Assembly (NCBI GenBank): GCA_038087875.1
Contig: JAXLNO010000702.1
Coordinates: 1 to 52,301 of the forward strand
Origin: Malacoraja senta
Taxonomy: Eukaryota
Direction of reading: 5' to 3'
DNA: 52,301 nucleotides
This document shows, piece by piece, positions 12,865-24,871 of this stretch. Position 1 is the first letter of the stretch; every line of letters begins with the position of its first letter. A program made the translations under genes and the position numbers. The notes beneath the pieces are model-generated. The model saw only the letters and a program-made list of their open reading frames with translations. It made no database searches and was not told the DNA's origin.

Positions 12865-13098
12865 CCACACGCACACGCAGCCACACACGCGCACAGAAAC
12901 ACACACACACTCACATACACATACACACGCACACACACAGAAAGACACACACACGCACACACACACTTGCAGCAACGCACACACATACACGCAGACACGC
13001 ACACACATATACGCAGACACAAACACATACACATGCAAATGCACACACGCACACACACAGATGCACACACACACGCACACACACACACACACACATAG

Positions 13099-13130
<32 letters not shown>

Positions 13131-13242
13131 ACACACACACACACACAGAAAGGCACACACGCACACACACACACAGAAAGACACGCACACACACACACAC
13201 GCGCGCACACACACACGCGCACACACACACACACACGCGCGC

Positions 13243-13289
<47 letters not shown>

Positions 13290-13306
13290 CACACACACAC
13301 ACATAG

Positions 13307-13338
<32 letters not shown>

Positions 13339-13450
13339 ACACACACACACACACAGAAAGGCACACACGCACACACACACACAGAAAGACACGCACACAC
13401 ACACACACGCGCGCACACACACACGCGCACACACACACACACACGCGCGC

Positions 13451-13538
<88 letters not shown>

Positions 13539-13645
13539 ACACACACACACACGCACACGCACACGCACGCGCACACACACACACACACACACATACACAC
13601 ACATACACACACACACACACACACTCACACACACACACACACACA

Positions 13646-13691
<46 letters not shown>

Positions 13692-13723
13692 CACACACAC
13701 GCACACACACACACACACACACA

Positions 13724-13765
<42 letters not shown>

Positions 13766-13769
13766 CACA

Positions 13770-13811
<42 letters not shown>

Positions 13812-13812
13812 C

Positions 13813-13853
<41 letters not shown>

Positions 13854-13905
13854 TAAACACACACACACACACACACAGATAAACACACACACACACACAC
13901 ACACA
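12746..13905. repeat. Long (CA)n-rich microsatellite block
   Basis: Direct inspection; homologous blocks at 8425-9042 and 10528-11221. Confidence 0.95.
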
Positions 13906-14483
13906 AGCTGAGTGTGTGAGCCCTGGTACTGAGCTTGTGGAACTGTGTTCTGTTGTGGGATATTTCTGTGGGTTGAAGGACTCTGACCACTAATCACTCT
14001 ATTTTACTGTCAGCAATCCTATATTAGTTTTGCTCATTTTAAACGTCACCACAAAATGAGTCACAGCGTTTTAACTTTAATACCTCCCGGAATCAGAATG
14101 AAACACCAAGCATTTGTTTTAAATTTAATTTTCCAAAAGTTTTATGAGCGTGAATGGTTTGATTAATCGCCCAGACATGGAGCCATACAGCACTGAAACA
14201 GGCCATTCGGCGCAACTCTTCCATGCTGACCTTCATGGCCCATCTGAGCCCACAAAGTCTGTATCGAACATGATGCCAAAACCAACTCTTCTTAAACCTA
14301 ACCCAATCCATTCCCCCCCACTTGCAAGAAGTAGTCATGTTGGCAAGTATATTTCGACCCAGTTTGTGAGGTTTTCCGCCAGAAATTTAAGTATGTGAAC
14401 AGAAGAGAAATGAGGTACCTTATGAAGGTAAGCTGGCCAATAATATAAATGAGGCCTATGGACGATTTGTTGACCTGACCAGG

Positions 14484-15190
14484 AGGTCACAGAGTAACAG
14501 AGACAGAGAGGCACAGAGACACAGTGACACAGACACAGAGACACAGAGTCACAGAGACACGGTGACACAGAGTCACAGACAGAGACACAGAGACACGGAG
14601 ACACAGAGTCACAGAGACACAGAGACTTGGAGACACAGAGACACAGAGACACGGAGACACAGAGACACAGAGTCACAGAGACACAGAGGCATAGAGACAT
14701 AGAGTCACAGAGACACGGGGATATGGAGACACAGACACAGAGAAACAGCGACACGGAGACACGGAGACACGGAGACACAGAGACACAGAGACATAGAGAC
14801 ACAGAGACACGGAGACACGGAGACACAGAGACATAGAGACACGGAGACACAGAGCCACAGAGTCACAGACACAGACACGGACACAGAGGCACAGAGGCAC
14901 AGAGTCATAGAGTCACGGAGACACAAAGACATAGAGACACAGAGTCACAGAGACACAGAGACACAGACAGAGATACAGGGACACAGAGGCACAGAGGCAC
15001 AGAGGCACAGACAGATACACACGAGACACAGAGACGCAGAGACTCAGAGACACGGAGACACGGAGACACGGAGACACGGAGACACAGAAACACAGAGACA
15101 GAGACAGAGACACAGAGACACAGGGACACGGAGACACTGAGACACGGAGACACGGAGACACAGAGACATCGAGTTACAGCGGCACAGAGT
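14484..15190. repeat. (GAGACACA/GAGTCACA)n minisatellite abutting a CR1 3' end
   Basis: Direct inspection; runs into the CR1 3'UTR at ~15190. Confidence 0.93.
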
Positions 15191-15585
15191 GATTCAGCGT
15201 GGAAACGAGCCATTTTGGCCCAACTTACGCACACCGGTAAACATACACTGGTCCCACCTGCCAGCGTTTGGCCCATATCCCTCCAACCCTGTCCTATCCA
15301 TGTACCAGTCTAAGTGCTTCTTAAACGTTGGGATAGTCCCAGTCTCAACTACCTCGTCTGGCAACTTGTTCCATACACGCACCACCCTTTGTGTGAGAAA
15401 GGTACCCCTCAGATTACTATTAAATCTTTTTCCCTCACCTTGAACCTATGGTCCTCAATTTCCCTACTCTGGGCAAGAGCATCTGTGCATCTACCCGATC
15501 TATTCCTTTCATGATTTTATACACCTCTGTAAGATCATCCCTCATCCTCCTGCGCTCCAAGGAATCGAGTCCCAGCTAACTCAAC
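15185..15585 (-). mobile_element. CR1 LINE 3' fragment
   Basis: ORF 15194-15385(-) reads VWNKLPDEVVETGTIPTFKKHLDWYMDRTGLEGYGPNAGRWD. Confidence 0.9.
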
Positions 15586-15904
15586 CTCCCCCTCCCCTCC
15601 TCCCAGCTCCCCCTCCACTCCATCCAGCTCCCCCCCTCTTCCCAGCTCCTCCTCCCGGCTCCCCCTTCCTTCCTCCCAGCTCCTCCTCCCCTCCTCCCTC
15701 CGCCCGGGCCAGTGTCCCGTCGCTTTACCGCTCATTTCAAGAATGAAATAAAACTCTGATCTCAATGCAATATGCCTCCAGTTGTTTGTTGAGTAAATGG
15801 GGACGTGGTTGGCGGGGAGTGGGTTGGATAGACAGGTCTAGTTCCTCACGGCAGCGCTGCGGAGTTCCCGAGTCGGGGACAGGCTGGAGAAACGTCGCTC
15901 ACCC

Positions 15905-15905
<1 letters not shown>
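15585..15905 (+). pseudogene. Orphan copy of the crystallin-gene 3'UTR, polyA site and downstream flank
   Basis: Highly similar to ~20960-21255 (CCAGTGTCCCGTCGCTTTA...GAAATAAAA...CCTCCAGTTGTTTGTTGAG); AATAAA at 15747-15752; no CDS directly upstream. Confidence 0.88.
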
Positions 15906-16200
<295 letters not shown>

Positions 16201-16510
16201 GGCAATGGTCGCTGACGTGTCTCTGACACCCCCATCCAGCTGACGGAACCTCCGTCCGCCGATCACCCGCTGGTCATTTCACTCGTTCACTGTTGATATC
16301 CGAGCGACCCGAACGAGAGGCGTTTGTGCGCATTAACACAGACGCCGGGAGCTCATGTACCGTCGGCGAGGACATATTTAGAGGATTGTATCCAGGTCCT
16401 ACCAACATGCCGATTCAAGCCTTACACTCTCTGTTCCATAGTTACTCTTAGACTGAAATACACATATTTTATTCTTAAATTCTTACTCACCAACGTTTTT
16501 GAATCTGATC

Positions 16511-19112
16511 AACCATATAACCATATAACCATATAACCATAACAGCACGGGAACAGGCCATCTCGGCCCTTCAAGTCCGTGCCGAACATTTTTTTAATTT
16601 TTTTAAAAATTAAAAATAAATACTTCTCCCTAGTCCCATCTACCTGCACTCAGATCATAACCCTCCATTCCTTACCCGTCCATATACCCATCCAATCTAT
16701 TGTTAAAGGATAACATCGAACCTGCCTCGACCACTTCCACTGGAAGCTCATTCCACACAGCTACCACTCTCTGAGTAAAGAAGTTCCCCCTAATGTTCCC
16801 CCTAAACTTCTGTCCCTTAATTCTCAAGTCATGTCCCCTTGTTTGAATCTTCCCTACTCTCAATGGGGAAAGCTTATCCACGTCCACTCTGTCTAACCCG
16901 CTCATAATTTTAAAGACCTCTATCAAGTCCCCTCTTAACCTTCTGCGCTCCAAAGAATAAAGACCTAACTAGTTCAACCTTTCTCTGTAACTTAGTTGCT
17001 GAAACCCAGGCAAAATTCTAGTAAATCTCCTCTGTACTCTCTCTATTTTGTTGACATCCTTCCTATAATTAGGCGACCAAAATTGTACTCCATACTCCAG
17101 AATTGGCCTCACCAATGCCGTGTACAATTTTAACATTACATCCCAACTTCTATATTCAATGCTCTGATTTATATAGGCCAGCACACCAAAAGCTTTCTTT
17201 ACCACCCTATCTACATGAGATTCCACCTTCAGGGAACTATGCACAGTTATTCCTAGATCCCTCTGTTCAAATGCATTCCTCAATTCGCTACCATTTACCG
17301 TGTACGTCCTATTTTGATTTGTCCTGCCGAAATGTAGCACCTCACATTTGTCAGCATTAAACTCCATCTGCCATCTTTCAGCCCACTCTTCCAAATGGCC
17401 TAAATCTCTCTGTAGACTTTGAAAATCGACTTCATTATCCACAACACCACCTATATTAGTATCATCTGCATACTTACTAATCCAGCTTTCCACACCATCA
17501 TCCAGATCATTGATGTACATGACAAACAACAGTGGACCCAACACATACCCCCGAGGCACCCCACTAGTCACCGGCCTCCAACCTGACAAACAGCCATCCA
17601 CCATTACTCTCTGGCATCTCCCATTCAGCCACTGTTGAATCCATCTTGCTACTCCACCATTAATACCCAACAATTGAATCTTCTTAACCAACCTTCCATG
17701 AGGAACCTTGTCAAAGGCCTTACTGAAGTCCATATAGACAACATCCACTGCTTTACCCTCATCAATTTCCCTAGTAACTTCTTCGAAAAGTTCAAGAAGA
17801 TTAGTCAAGCATGACCTTCCAGGCACAAATCCATGTTGACTGTTCCTAATCAGACCCTGCTTATCCAGATGCTTATATATATTATCTTTAAGTATCCTTT
17901 CCATTAATTTGCCCACCACTGACGTCAAACTAACAGGTCTATAATTGCTAGGTTTACTCTTCGAACCCTTTTTAAACAACGGAACAACATGCGCAGTACG
18001 CCAATCCTCCGGCACTATTCCCGTTTCTAATGACATTTGAAATATTTCTGTCATAGCCCCTGCTATTTCTACACTAACTTCCCTCAATGTCCTAGGGAAT
18101 ATCCTGTCAGGACCTGGAGACTTATCCGTTTTCATATTTTTCAAAAGTGTCCGCACCTCCTCTTCTTTGAATCTCACAGTTTCCATTGCTACTCTGCTCG
18201 TTTCCCTTACCTCACATAATTCCATATCCTTCTCCTTCGTGAATACCGAAGAAAAGAAATTGTTCAATATCTCCCCCATCTCTTTTGGCTCTGCAGATAG
18301 CTGTCCACTCTGACTCTCTAATGGACCGATTTTATTCCTTGTTATCCTTTTGCTATTAATATAGCTGTAGAAACTTTCACCTTACTTGCCAAAGCAACCT
18401 CATATCTTCTTTTAGCTTTTCTAATTTCTTTCTTAATATTCTTTTTATATTCTTTATATTCCTCAAGCACCTCATTTACTCCATGCTGCCTATAATTATT
18501 GTAGATCTCTCTCTTTTTCCGAACCAAGAGTCCAATTTCCCTTGAAAACCATGCCTCTTTCCATTTTTTACTATTTCCTTTCAACCGAACAGGGACATAA
18601 AGATTCTGTACTCTTAAAACTTCACCCTTAAATGTCCTCCATTTTTATTCTACATCCTTCCCATAAAACAACATGTCCCAATTCACTCCTTTTAAATCCT
18701 TTCGCATCTCCTCAAAGTTAGCCTTTCTCCAAACAAAAATCTCAACCCTAGGTCCAGTTCTGACCCTCTCCATAATTATATTGAAACTAATGGTATTGTG
18801 ATCACTGGACCCGAAGTGCTCCCCGACGCATACCTCCGCCACCTGCCCTGTCTCATTTCCTACCAGGAGGTCCAGCACTGCCCCTTCTCTAGTAGGTACC
18901 TCTATGTATTGCTGCAAAAAACTATCTTGCACACATTTTACAAACTCCAAACCATCCAGCCCTTTTACAGAATGTGTTTCCCAGTCTATGTGTGGGAAAT
19001 TGAAATCTCCCACAATCACTACCTTGTGCTTACTACTGATATCTGCTATCTCCTTACATTTTTGCTCTTCCAATTCTCGCTCCCCATTCGGCGGTCTGTA
19101 ATACACCCCTAT
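16511..19112 (-). mobile_element. Long CR1 LINE, ORF2 (APE endonuclease plus RT) with frameshifts and stops, (GGTTATAT)n tail
   Basis: Endonuclease GVYYRPP, VGDFNFP, SDHN (18645-19130); RT 16969-18279 with SPGPD, NYRPVSL, QHGF, DFSKAFD, YADD; tail at 16511-16545. Confidence 0.96.
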
Positions 19113-19289
19113 AAGTGCTGGTGGGTACAAATGCAGGTGGGTACAAAATCCACGGAGGCATGCACAATGCAGAACAACAAATCCTAGTGGTGATCAAATC
19201 CACGCCGGTACGCACGTAACATACACAATGCAAAATAAGGAATCCTAGTGACATACAAATCCCCACAGGCAGGTACGTAACTTACACAA

Positions 19290-19780
19290 TGGTCCCTGGG
19301 ATGGCGGGACTGTCATATGAGGAAAGATTAAAAAGACTAGGCTTGTATTCACTGGAGTTTAGACGGATGAGAGGGGGGGGGGATCTTATAGCAACATATA
19401 AAATTATAAAAGGACTGGACAAGCTAGATGCAGGAAAAATGTTCCCAATGTTGGCCGAGTCCAGAACCAGGGGCCACAGTCTTAGAATAAAGGGGAGGTC
19501 ATTTAAGACTGAGGTGAGAAAACACTTTTTCACCCAGAGAGTTGTGGATTTATGGAATTCCCTGCCACAGAGGGCAGTGGGGGCCAAGTCACTGGATGGA
19601 TTTAAGAGAGAGTTAGATAGAGCTCTAGGGGCTAGTGGAGTCAAGGGATATGGGGAGAAGGCAGGCACGGTTTATTGAATGGGGACGATCAGCCATGATC
19701 ACAATGAATGGCGGTGCTGGTTCGAAGGGCCGAATGGCCTCCTCCTGCACCTATTTTCTATGTTTCTATGTTTCTATATT
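19290..19780 (+). mobile_element. CR1 LINE 3' fragment with (TTTCTATG)n tail
   Basis: ORF 19289-19678 LGLYSLEFRR...LWNSLP; tail at 19755-19780. Confidence 0.94.
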
Positions 19781-20022
19781 TCTAATGTTACTCACGTTTA
19801 TCTCAGCTTCGGTTGCGCTCTTCCCTCACAAGTGCTAGTGGCAGAGAAGACTCAATGGAAGGAAAACCCTCACCTTTTATTATCTGTCGGCTGAGTCGTC
19901 TATCACTAGAGATTTGTTCTCAAGAATCCAAGTTAGTTGAGGAGATCATCGATCTCGGCGGAACCTCCAACGCTGTTGGAATAATTTTATAATGTTTTGC
20001 AACACTTTGGAGGGGAGTGCAA

Positions 20023-20265
20023 GGGCGGAGGAGGCGGGCAGCGACATGTGCAGTGCTATTGGAGAGATAGGGAGGGAGGGGAGAGAGAAAACCTGCTGAG
20101 TTACTCCAGCACGTTGCGCCTTTCCTTGATAACCAGCATCTGCAGTTCCTTGTATGCGCGGGTTGTCGGCGTGGCTGAGGTGGTGACCAGCGATTGGATG
20201 GGTCGGCTGGTGGGTGGGTGAGAGCTGAACATAAAAGCGTGGCCGAGTCCCGAGGATGCTCATCG
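20023..20265 (+). promoter_or_regulatory. Putative Pol II promoter of the beta/gamma-crystallin gene
   Basis: GC box GGGCGG 20023-20028, inverted CCAAT (ATTGG) 20193-20197, GGGTG boxes 20212-20220, TATA variant CATAAAAG 20230-20237, Inr-like TCA ~30 nt later (20260-20262). Motif inspection only. Confidence 0.5.
20089..20153 (+). mobile_element. Short Penelope/SINE 3'-terminus fragment upstream of the crystallin gene
   Basis: CCTGCTGAGTTACTCCAGCAC...AACCAGCATCTGCAGTTCCTTGT resembles the reverse complement of the 66-bp array head (8174-8235). Confidence 0.65.
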
Positions 20266-20316
20266 TTTCCCCAGCGTCTGACAGGAGTCTTGTGGAGCGC
20301 TGTCACCTCGGGTACC

Positions 20317-20887
20317 ATGGGTAAAATCGTCCTGTCCGACCAACCAAACTTCAACGGGGATGCCAAGGAGTTTGTGAGGAATGTGCCGAACCTGTCCAAG
20401 TTGTTGTTCGACAACGCTGCCGTCGGCGCGGGTGGAGGGCCAGCACTGGGTCGCCTACACGGATGCCGACTACAGGGGCGAGTTCATTATCTTCGGGCCC
20501 GGCGACCACAAAACCCTGGGCCCTAATTTCAACCATAGGCTTAGCTCGCTGCGGCTGGTTGAAGAGGACCTGCTGAACCCGGAGATCGATCTGTACGAGC
20601 ATGTGGACTACGTTGGACAGCACCGCGAAATCACGGAGAAGCTTGATGACCTGCGGAGAGCCGACTTCAATAACCTGGTCTCATCTCACATAGTGAAGCA
20701 GGGCGTGTGGATCCTCCATATGGGGCTCCACCAGACCGGGCGGCGCCTCATCACCTTCAAGGGCGACAAGTGGCCCAACTACTGCTACTACGGATGGAAC
20801 GACAGACTCTCCTCGCTCCACCCTCTGGTCAACAGCTACACTGAGGTGGGAGACAATCCCAGCGTGAGGACCCAGCGAACTGGGTAG
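20317..20887 (+). pseudogene. Intronless four-Greek-key beta/gamma-crystallin gene (EDSP/ep37-like), ~190 aa if restored, one frameshift at ~20422
   Basis: Kozak ACCATGG. MGKIVLSDQPNFNGDAKEF...LFDNAA, then a frame change to SARVEGQHWVAYTDADYRGEF...NHRLSSLRLV...IDLYEHVDYVG...NNLVSS...GVWILH...WNDRLSSLHPL...TAG. Confidence 0.88.
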
Positions 20888-21092
20888 TGAGCCTGGTCCA
20901 GCGGAGCCTCGTCCAGCGGAGCCTGGTCCAGGCGCCTCAGCTGCAACTCCTGCCCGACGACCAGCTCCCCGCTCCCCTCTCCCAGCTCCCCCTCCCCTCA
21001 TCCCAGCTCCCCCTCCCCTCATCCAAGCCCCCCCTCCCCTCCTCCCCCCCCGAGCCAGTGTCCCGTCGCTTTACAGCTCATATAAAGAATGA

Positions 21093-21137
21093 AATAAAAT
21101 TCTGACCTCAATGCAAAATGCCTCCAGTTGTTTGTTG
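21093..21137 (+). terminator. Polyadenylation signal with GU-rich downstream element
   Basis: AATAAA at 21093-21098; GTTGTTTGTTG at ~21127-21137; conserved in the orphan copy. Confidence 0.7.
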
Positions 21138-21252
21138 AGTAAATGGGGACGAGGTTGGCGGGGAGTGGGTCGAATAGACAGGTCTTGTTCCTCACGGCAG
21201 CGCTGCGGAGTTCCCGAGTCGGGGACAGGCTGGGGAAACGTCGCTCACCCCT

Positions 21253-21286
21253 CACACACTCACCCCCCCACACACTCTCACACACA

Positions 21287-21329
<43 letters not shown>

Positions 21330-21520
21330 TCTCACACACACTCACATCTCACTCTCACTCACACACTCACACTCACCCCCACATATACACACCCTCAGAC
21401 ACCCTCACACACCCTCACACACATACACACTCACACTCACACGCTCACACACTCACACACTCATACTCACACTCACACACACATCTCACTCTCACTCAGG
21501 TACACTCAGACGCACACACT
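21253..21520. repeat. (CA)n/(CACT)n microsatellite
   Basis: Direct inspection. Confidence 0.9.
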
Positions 21521-21839
21521 CAACCATGTCTCTCTCCCCTCCCCCCTCCCACCTCCCCTTCCCCCTCTCCCCTTCTCTCTCTCTCCCCGACTATGGGTGA
21601 ACTGGGGATGGGACTGGACTTGTCTGCCTTCCCCCACAGTGGGAACCATTGTGGGGGGATGTTTTTATGTTTACTGATAAATTCTTGGATGTTGTGTCTT
21701 AACTTTATTTATGTGCTGCGCGGTGTTGGGAACACCGTCGCACGGCCCGGGAATTGTACTTTCTCACGAGTGCGCGGTCTATGGCGGCAGATTCCTCCCG
21801 TTTCGCCGCCAATGACCGCAGATTCGTGAGACAGGCCTT

Positions 21840-24800
21840 TTAGGTCCCAGTACCGAACCTTGTGGAACACCACAGGTTACTCTTCTAAGCTGTGATTCAG
21901 TATTATTAATTTTTACACATTGAAACCTATCACTTAAATAACTTCCCAACCAATTTTGTGTGACACCTCATACCATAACGTTCCAATTTCTGCAAAAGTA
22001 AGGAATGATCAATTGTATCAAATGCTTTACGTAAACCAATGAATACACCCACAGTGTGTAGTTTCTTATCTATTGCTGTTGCTATATTTTCTACAAATCC
22101 ATCACCGCTAAAGATGTCGATCGATTGCTCCTAAACCCATATTGATGATCACTCAATAACTCATATTTCTCAATGAAGTTATCAAGTCTATTCACATATA
22201 GCTTTTCAAGTATTTTAGAAAATTGAGGTAGCAAAGACAGAGGTCTATAATTTGATACCATATGTTTGTCACCATTTTTATAGATTGGAACCACCTTAGC
22301 CATTTTCATTTTATTGGGAAAAACACCTTTTAGAAAGGATTTATTGCATATATAGGTAAAGGGCTCGAGGACACAATCAATTACTACTTTTATAAGTGAC
22401 ATATCAATGGTGTTACCATCAGTTGATTTTTTATCCTTAAACTCTCTGACCACTTCTAACACATCACTCTCACAAACTCCATCAAGGAACATTGAATTGC
22501 TGTTGTTAAGTTCAAAATCAAAATTTATGTTTTCATCTCTAGGAAGGTTAATTTCCTTTGCCAAATTTGGGCCTACATTAACAAAGAAATCATTCAACTC
22601 ATTAGCAATGTCCTCTGTATTTTCAATAATTGAATTGTCATTTTTTTACAAATTATGTTGGAAAATCCATTTTACTACTATTTTTAATTATATCATTATG
22701 TACACTCCATGTAGCCTTAATATTATATTTATGTTTTTGCAACATTTGGTCATAATAATCTTTTTTTTTGTGATCTCATAATTAATGTCAGTCTGTTTTT
22801 ATATTTTTTGTACTTGTCCTCCTTTTCCTTTGTTCGATATTTAATAAATTCCCTATAAAGCCTATTTTTCTTTTTACAAGCTTTTTACAACCCCTTTGTT
22901 CACCATGGTTTCACCCTTTTTTTGGAATTGTGTCTATACTCTTTCAATGGACATTGTCGCACATAAATTGTCCAGAATGTCTCTAAAAATGCTTCATATG
23001 ATTCATTAATATCATCTACATAAACCTCTTGCCAGTCATAATTCAAGAGTTCTGTCTTAATATATATAATTGCCTCTGGTGATTTTATTCTAACAAGATT
23101 ATTCTGTCTCTTTGTTCTTAATTTTGACATATTGTTAATCTCCAACACTGTAAAAACAGGCAAATGATCACATATCAGTCACTAATAGTCCACTTTTTGT
23201 CTTTCCATCAATTACATTAACGAAAATATTATCAATCAATGTTAAACTATCCTTTGTTATTCTACTAGGCTTTACAATTAACGGATAGAAACTCAGGCTA
23301 AACATATTATTAACAAATTCTGTTGTTTTTGTATGATCATTATATTTCAGTAAATCAATATTGAAGTCACCACAAACCAAAATCACCTTATCATTATGTT
23401 TATCATATAATTCAGAAACCTTCTTATTGAATTGGTCAATACATGACCCCGGTGTTCTATAAATGCAACTAATTAATATATTTTTGAATCTTTCAATATT
23501 AATTCCAATGGTTACACATTCCATCAAATTGTCAATAGCAATTGTCATATCACCAATAACCTTGCATTTAAGAGCAGACATCACAAATAAGGCCACACCA
23601 CCTCCCATTTTATTAACCCTGTTTTGCCAAAACATTTCGTAGCCTTCTAATCCATCGTGTAGTTCTTTACTATCACTCAGCCAAGTCTCTGATATTGCTA
23701 TTACGCTGAACTTTTGCTGAATGTGTTGAAGGTAATCTTTAATTTTGGAGAAGTTACTGTAGAGACTCCTACTATTAAAGTGAATCACTGAAAACCCCTC
23801 CATTTTCACATTTGCATTGAACTTATCTTCAGAGTAATATTCACAATCCATATTAATGTTCTGGTAGAAGTGGATCTCTGGATCAATGTCATTTTCCAAC
23901 ACAATGTTTGTGATCTTGAAAGTCAAAAGGCTTAAAGTCTGTGTATTCACACATTATCTTATATCAGATTTGTCACTCACAAACAATATTTCACCAGATT
24001 CCACCTCTCTACCAAAATGTTCCTCATTTTCACTTATATTGATCATGTTCTCTTATGTCTCTAATGGCTATTACTTTAGCATGTTCTGGTGTCCCATTCA
24101 GTCTTATCATTACTCTACAGTTCCTTGTCCAAGTGTCCTGAATTTGCTTTTCCTTTTTCAGGATTCTGGCTTGTCTTGCAATTTCAGCATTTCTCTTTGT
24201 GAGATGCTCATTTACATAGACCCTTGTTCCCTTCAATTTCTTTGCAAGCTTTAGCACTTCCATTTTATGTTTTCTACTCAAAAATCGAATGATGATGTTC
24301 GGCCTGTTGTCCTGTTTTTGAGGCAAGGTATGACAAGCAGCTATATTTTTACTGTCTATAGGAATGTCTTTGCCATTGAAGAACTTAATGACTTGCTGCT
24401 CAAGTGAGTGTAATTCACCTCTTGGTGCCTCCTCACCCTCCTTATTACCGGCAGTGATCCGTGCATAGGTGCGGTGGGTTGTCTCAAGTCCAGATATCAC
24501 AAGGTTATCCATCCTTGTGTACTGTTCCAAATCTTCTAATCTTCTTTCAAGTTCTTCAATTTTCTTATCATTTTCTTTAATCACAGTCTTCAGTTGTCGC
24601 ACTTCATCATTTAAGTCAAGTAGGCTTATCAGTTCTTTGGCTACCTTACTTAGTTCATCTGACATGAAGTTCAGAGATTTTTTAACCTCTTCCATTTCTT
24701 CTGCTAATTTCTTAGTAGCCATTTCTTTGGTTAGTTATGAAAGTACAAAGAAATTCCAGGAAATCCAGTTCTGCTGGTACCAGGTGATCCAGTATTGCTG

Positions 24801-24865
24801 GTGTGTCAACACATTTCAGCACAAAATCATTGAGCAGCCCGTTCGAACTCTCACTGCCCTATGCG
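21840..24865 (-). mobile_element. AT-rich Crack/L2-group LINE: ORF1 (24030-24722) and disrupted ORF2 (APE 23168-23950; RT to ~21840), 3'-truncated
   Basis: ORF1 has a coiled coil, NLVISGL, IIIRF and VYVNEHLTKRN. APE has FNSRSL, ISETWL, GGGVALFV, IYRTP, GDFNID, LIDNIF. RT has NYRPLSLLPQFSKILEK and QYGFR, and ends just after GVPQGSVLGP. Confidence 0.85.
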
Positions 24866-24871
24866 ACCAAC

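Noticed and set aside
9473..15276. ETQRHRD and SLCLCV repeat ORFs
   Set aside because: Translations of the 8-bp minisatellite.
16586..16623. AT-rich quasi-palindrome within the CR1 3'UTR
   Set aside because: Low-complexity expansion with no evidence of function.
16969..18279. 436-aa RT ORF as an active retrotransposon
   Set aside because: ORF2 is broken into at least four pieces, is 5'-truncated, and has no ORF1.
20194..20526. 110-aa ORF as an independent gene
   Set aside because: Its ATG lies upstream of the putative TATA box; only 20317-20421 is crystallin-like.
21720..21830. Minus-strand NLRSLAAKREE resembling an APE N-terminal motif
   Set aside because: Too short and lacks downstream APE motifs; could be chance.
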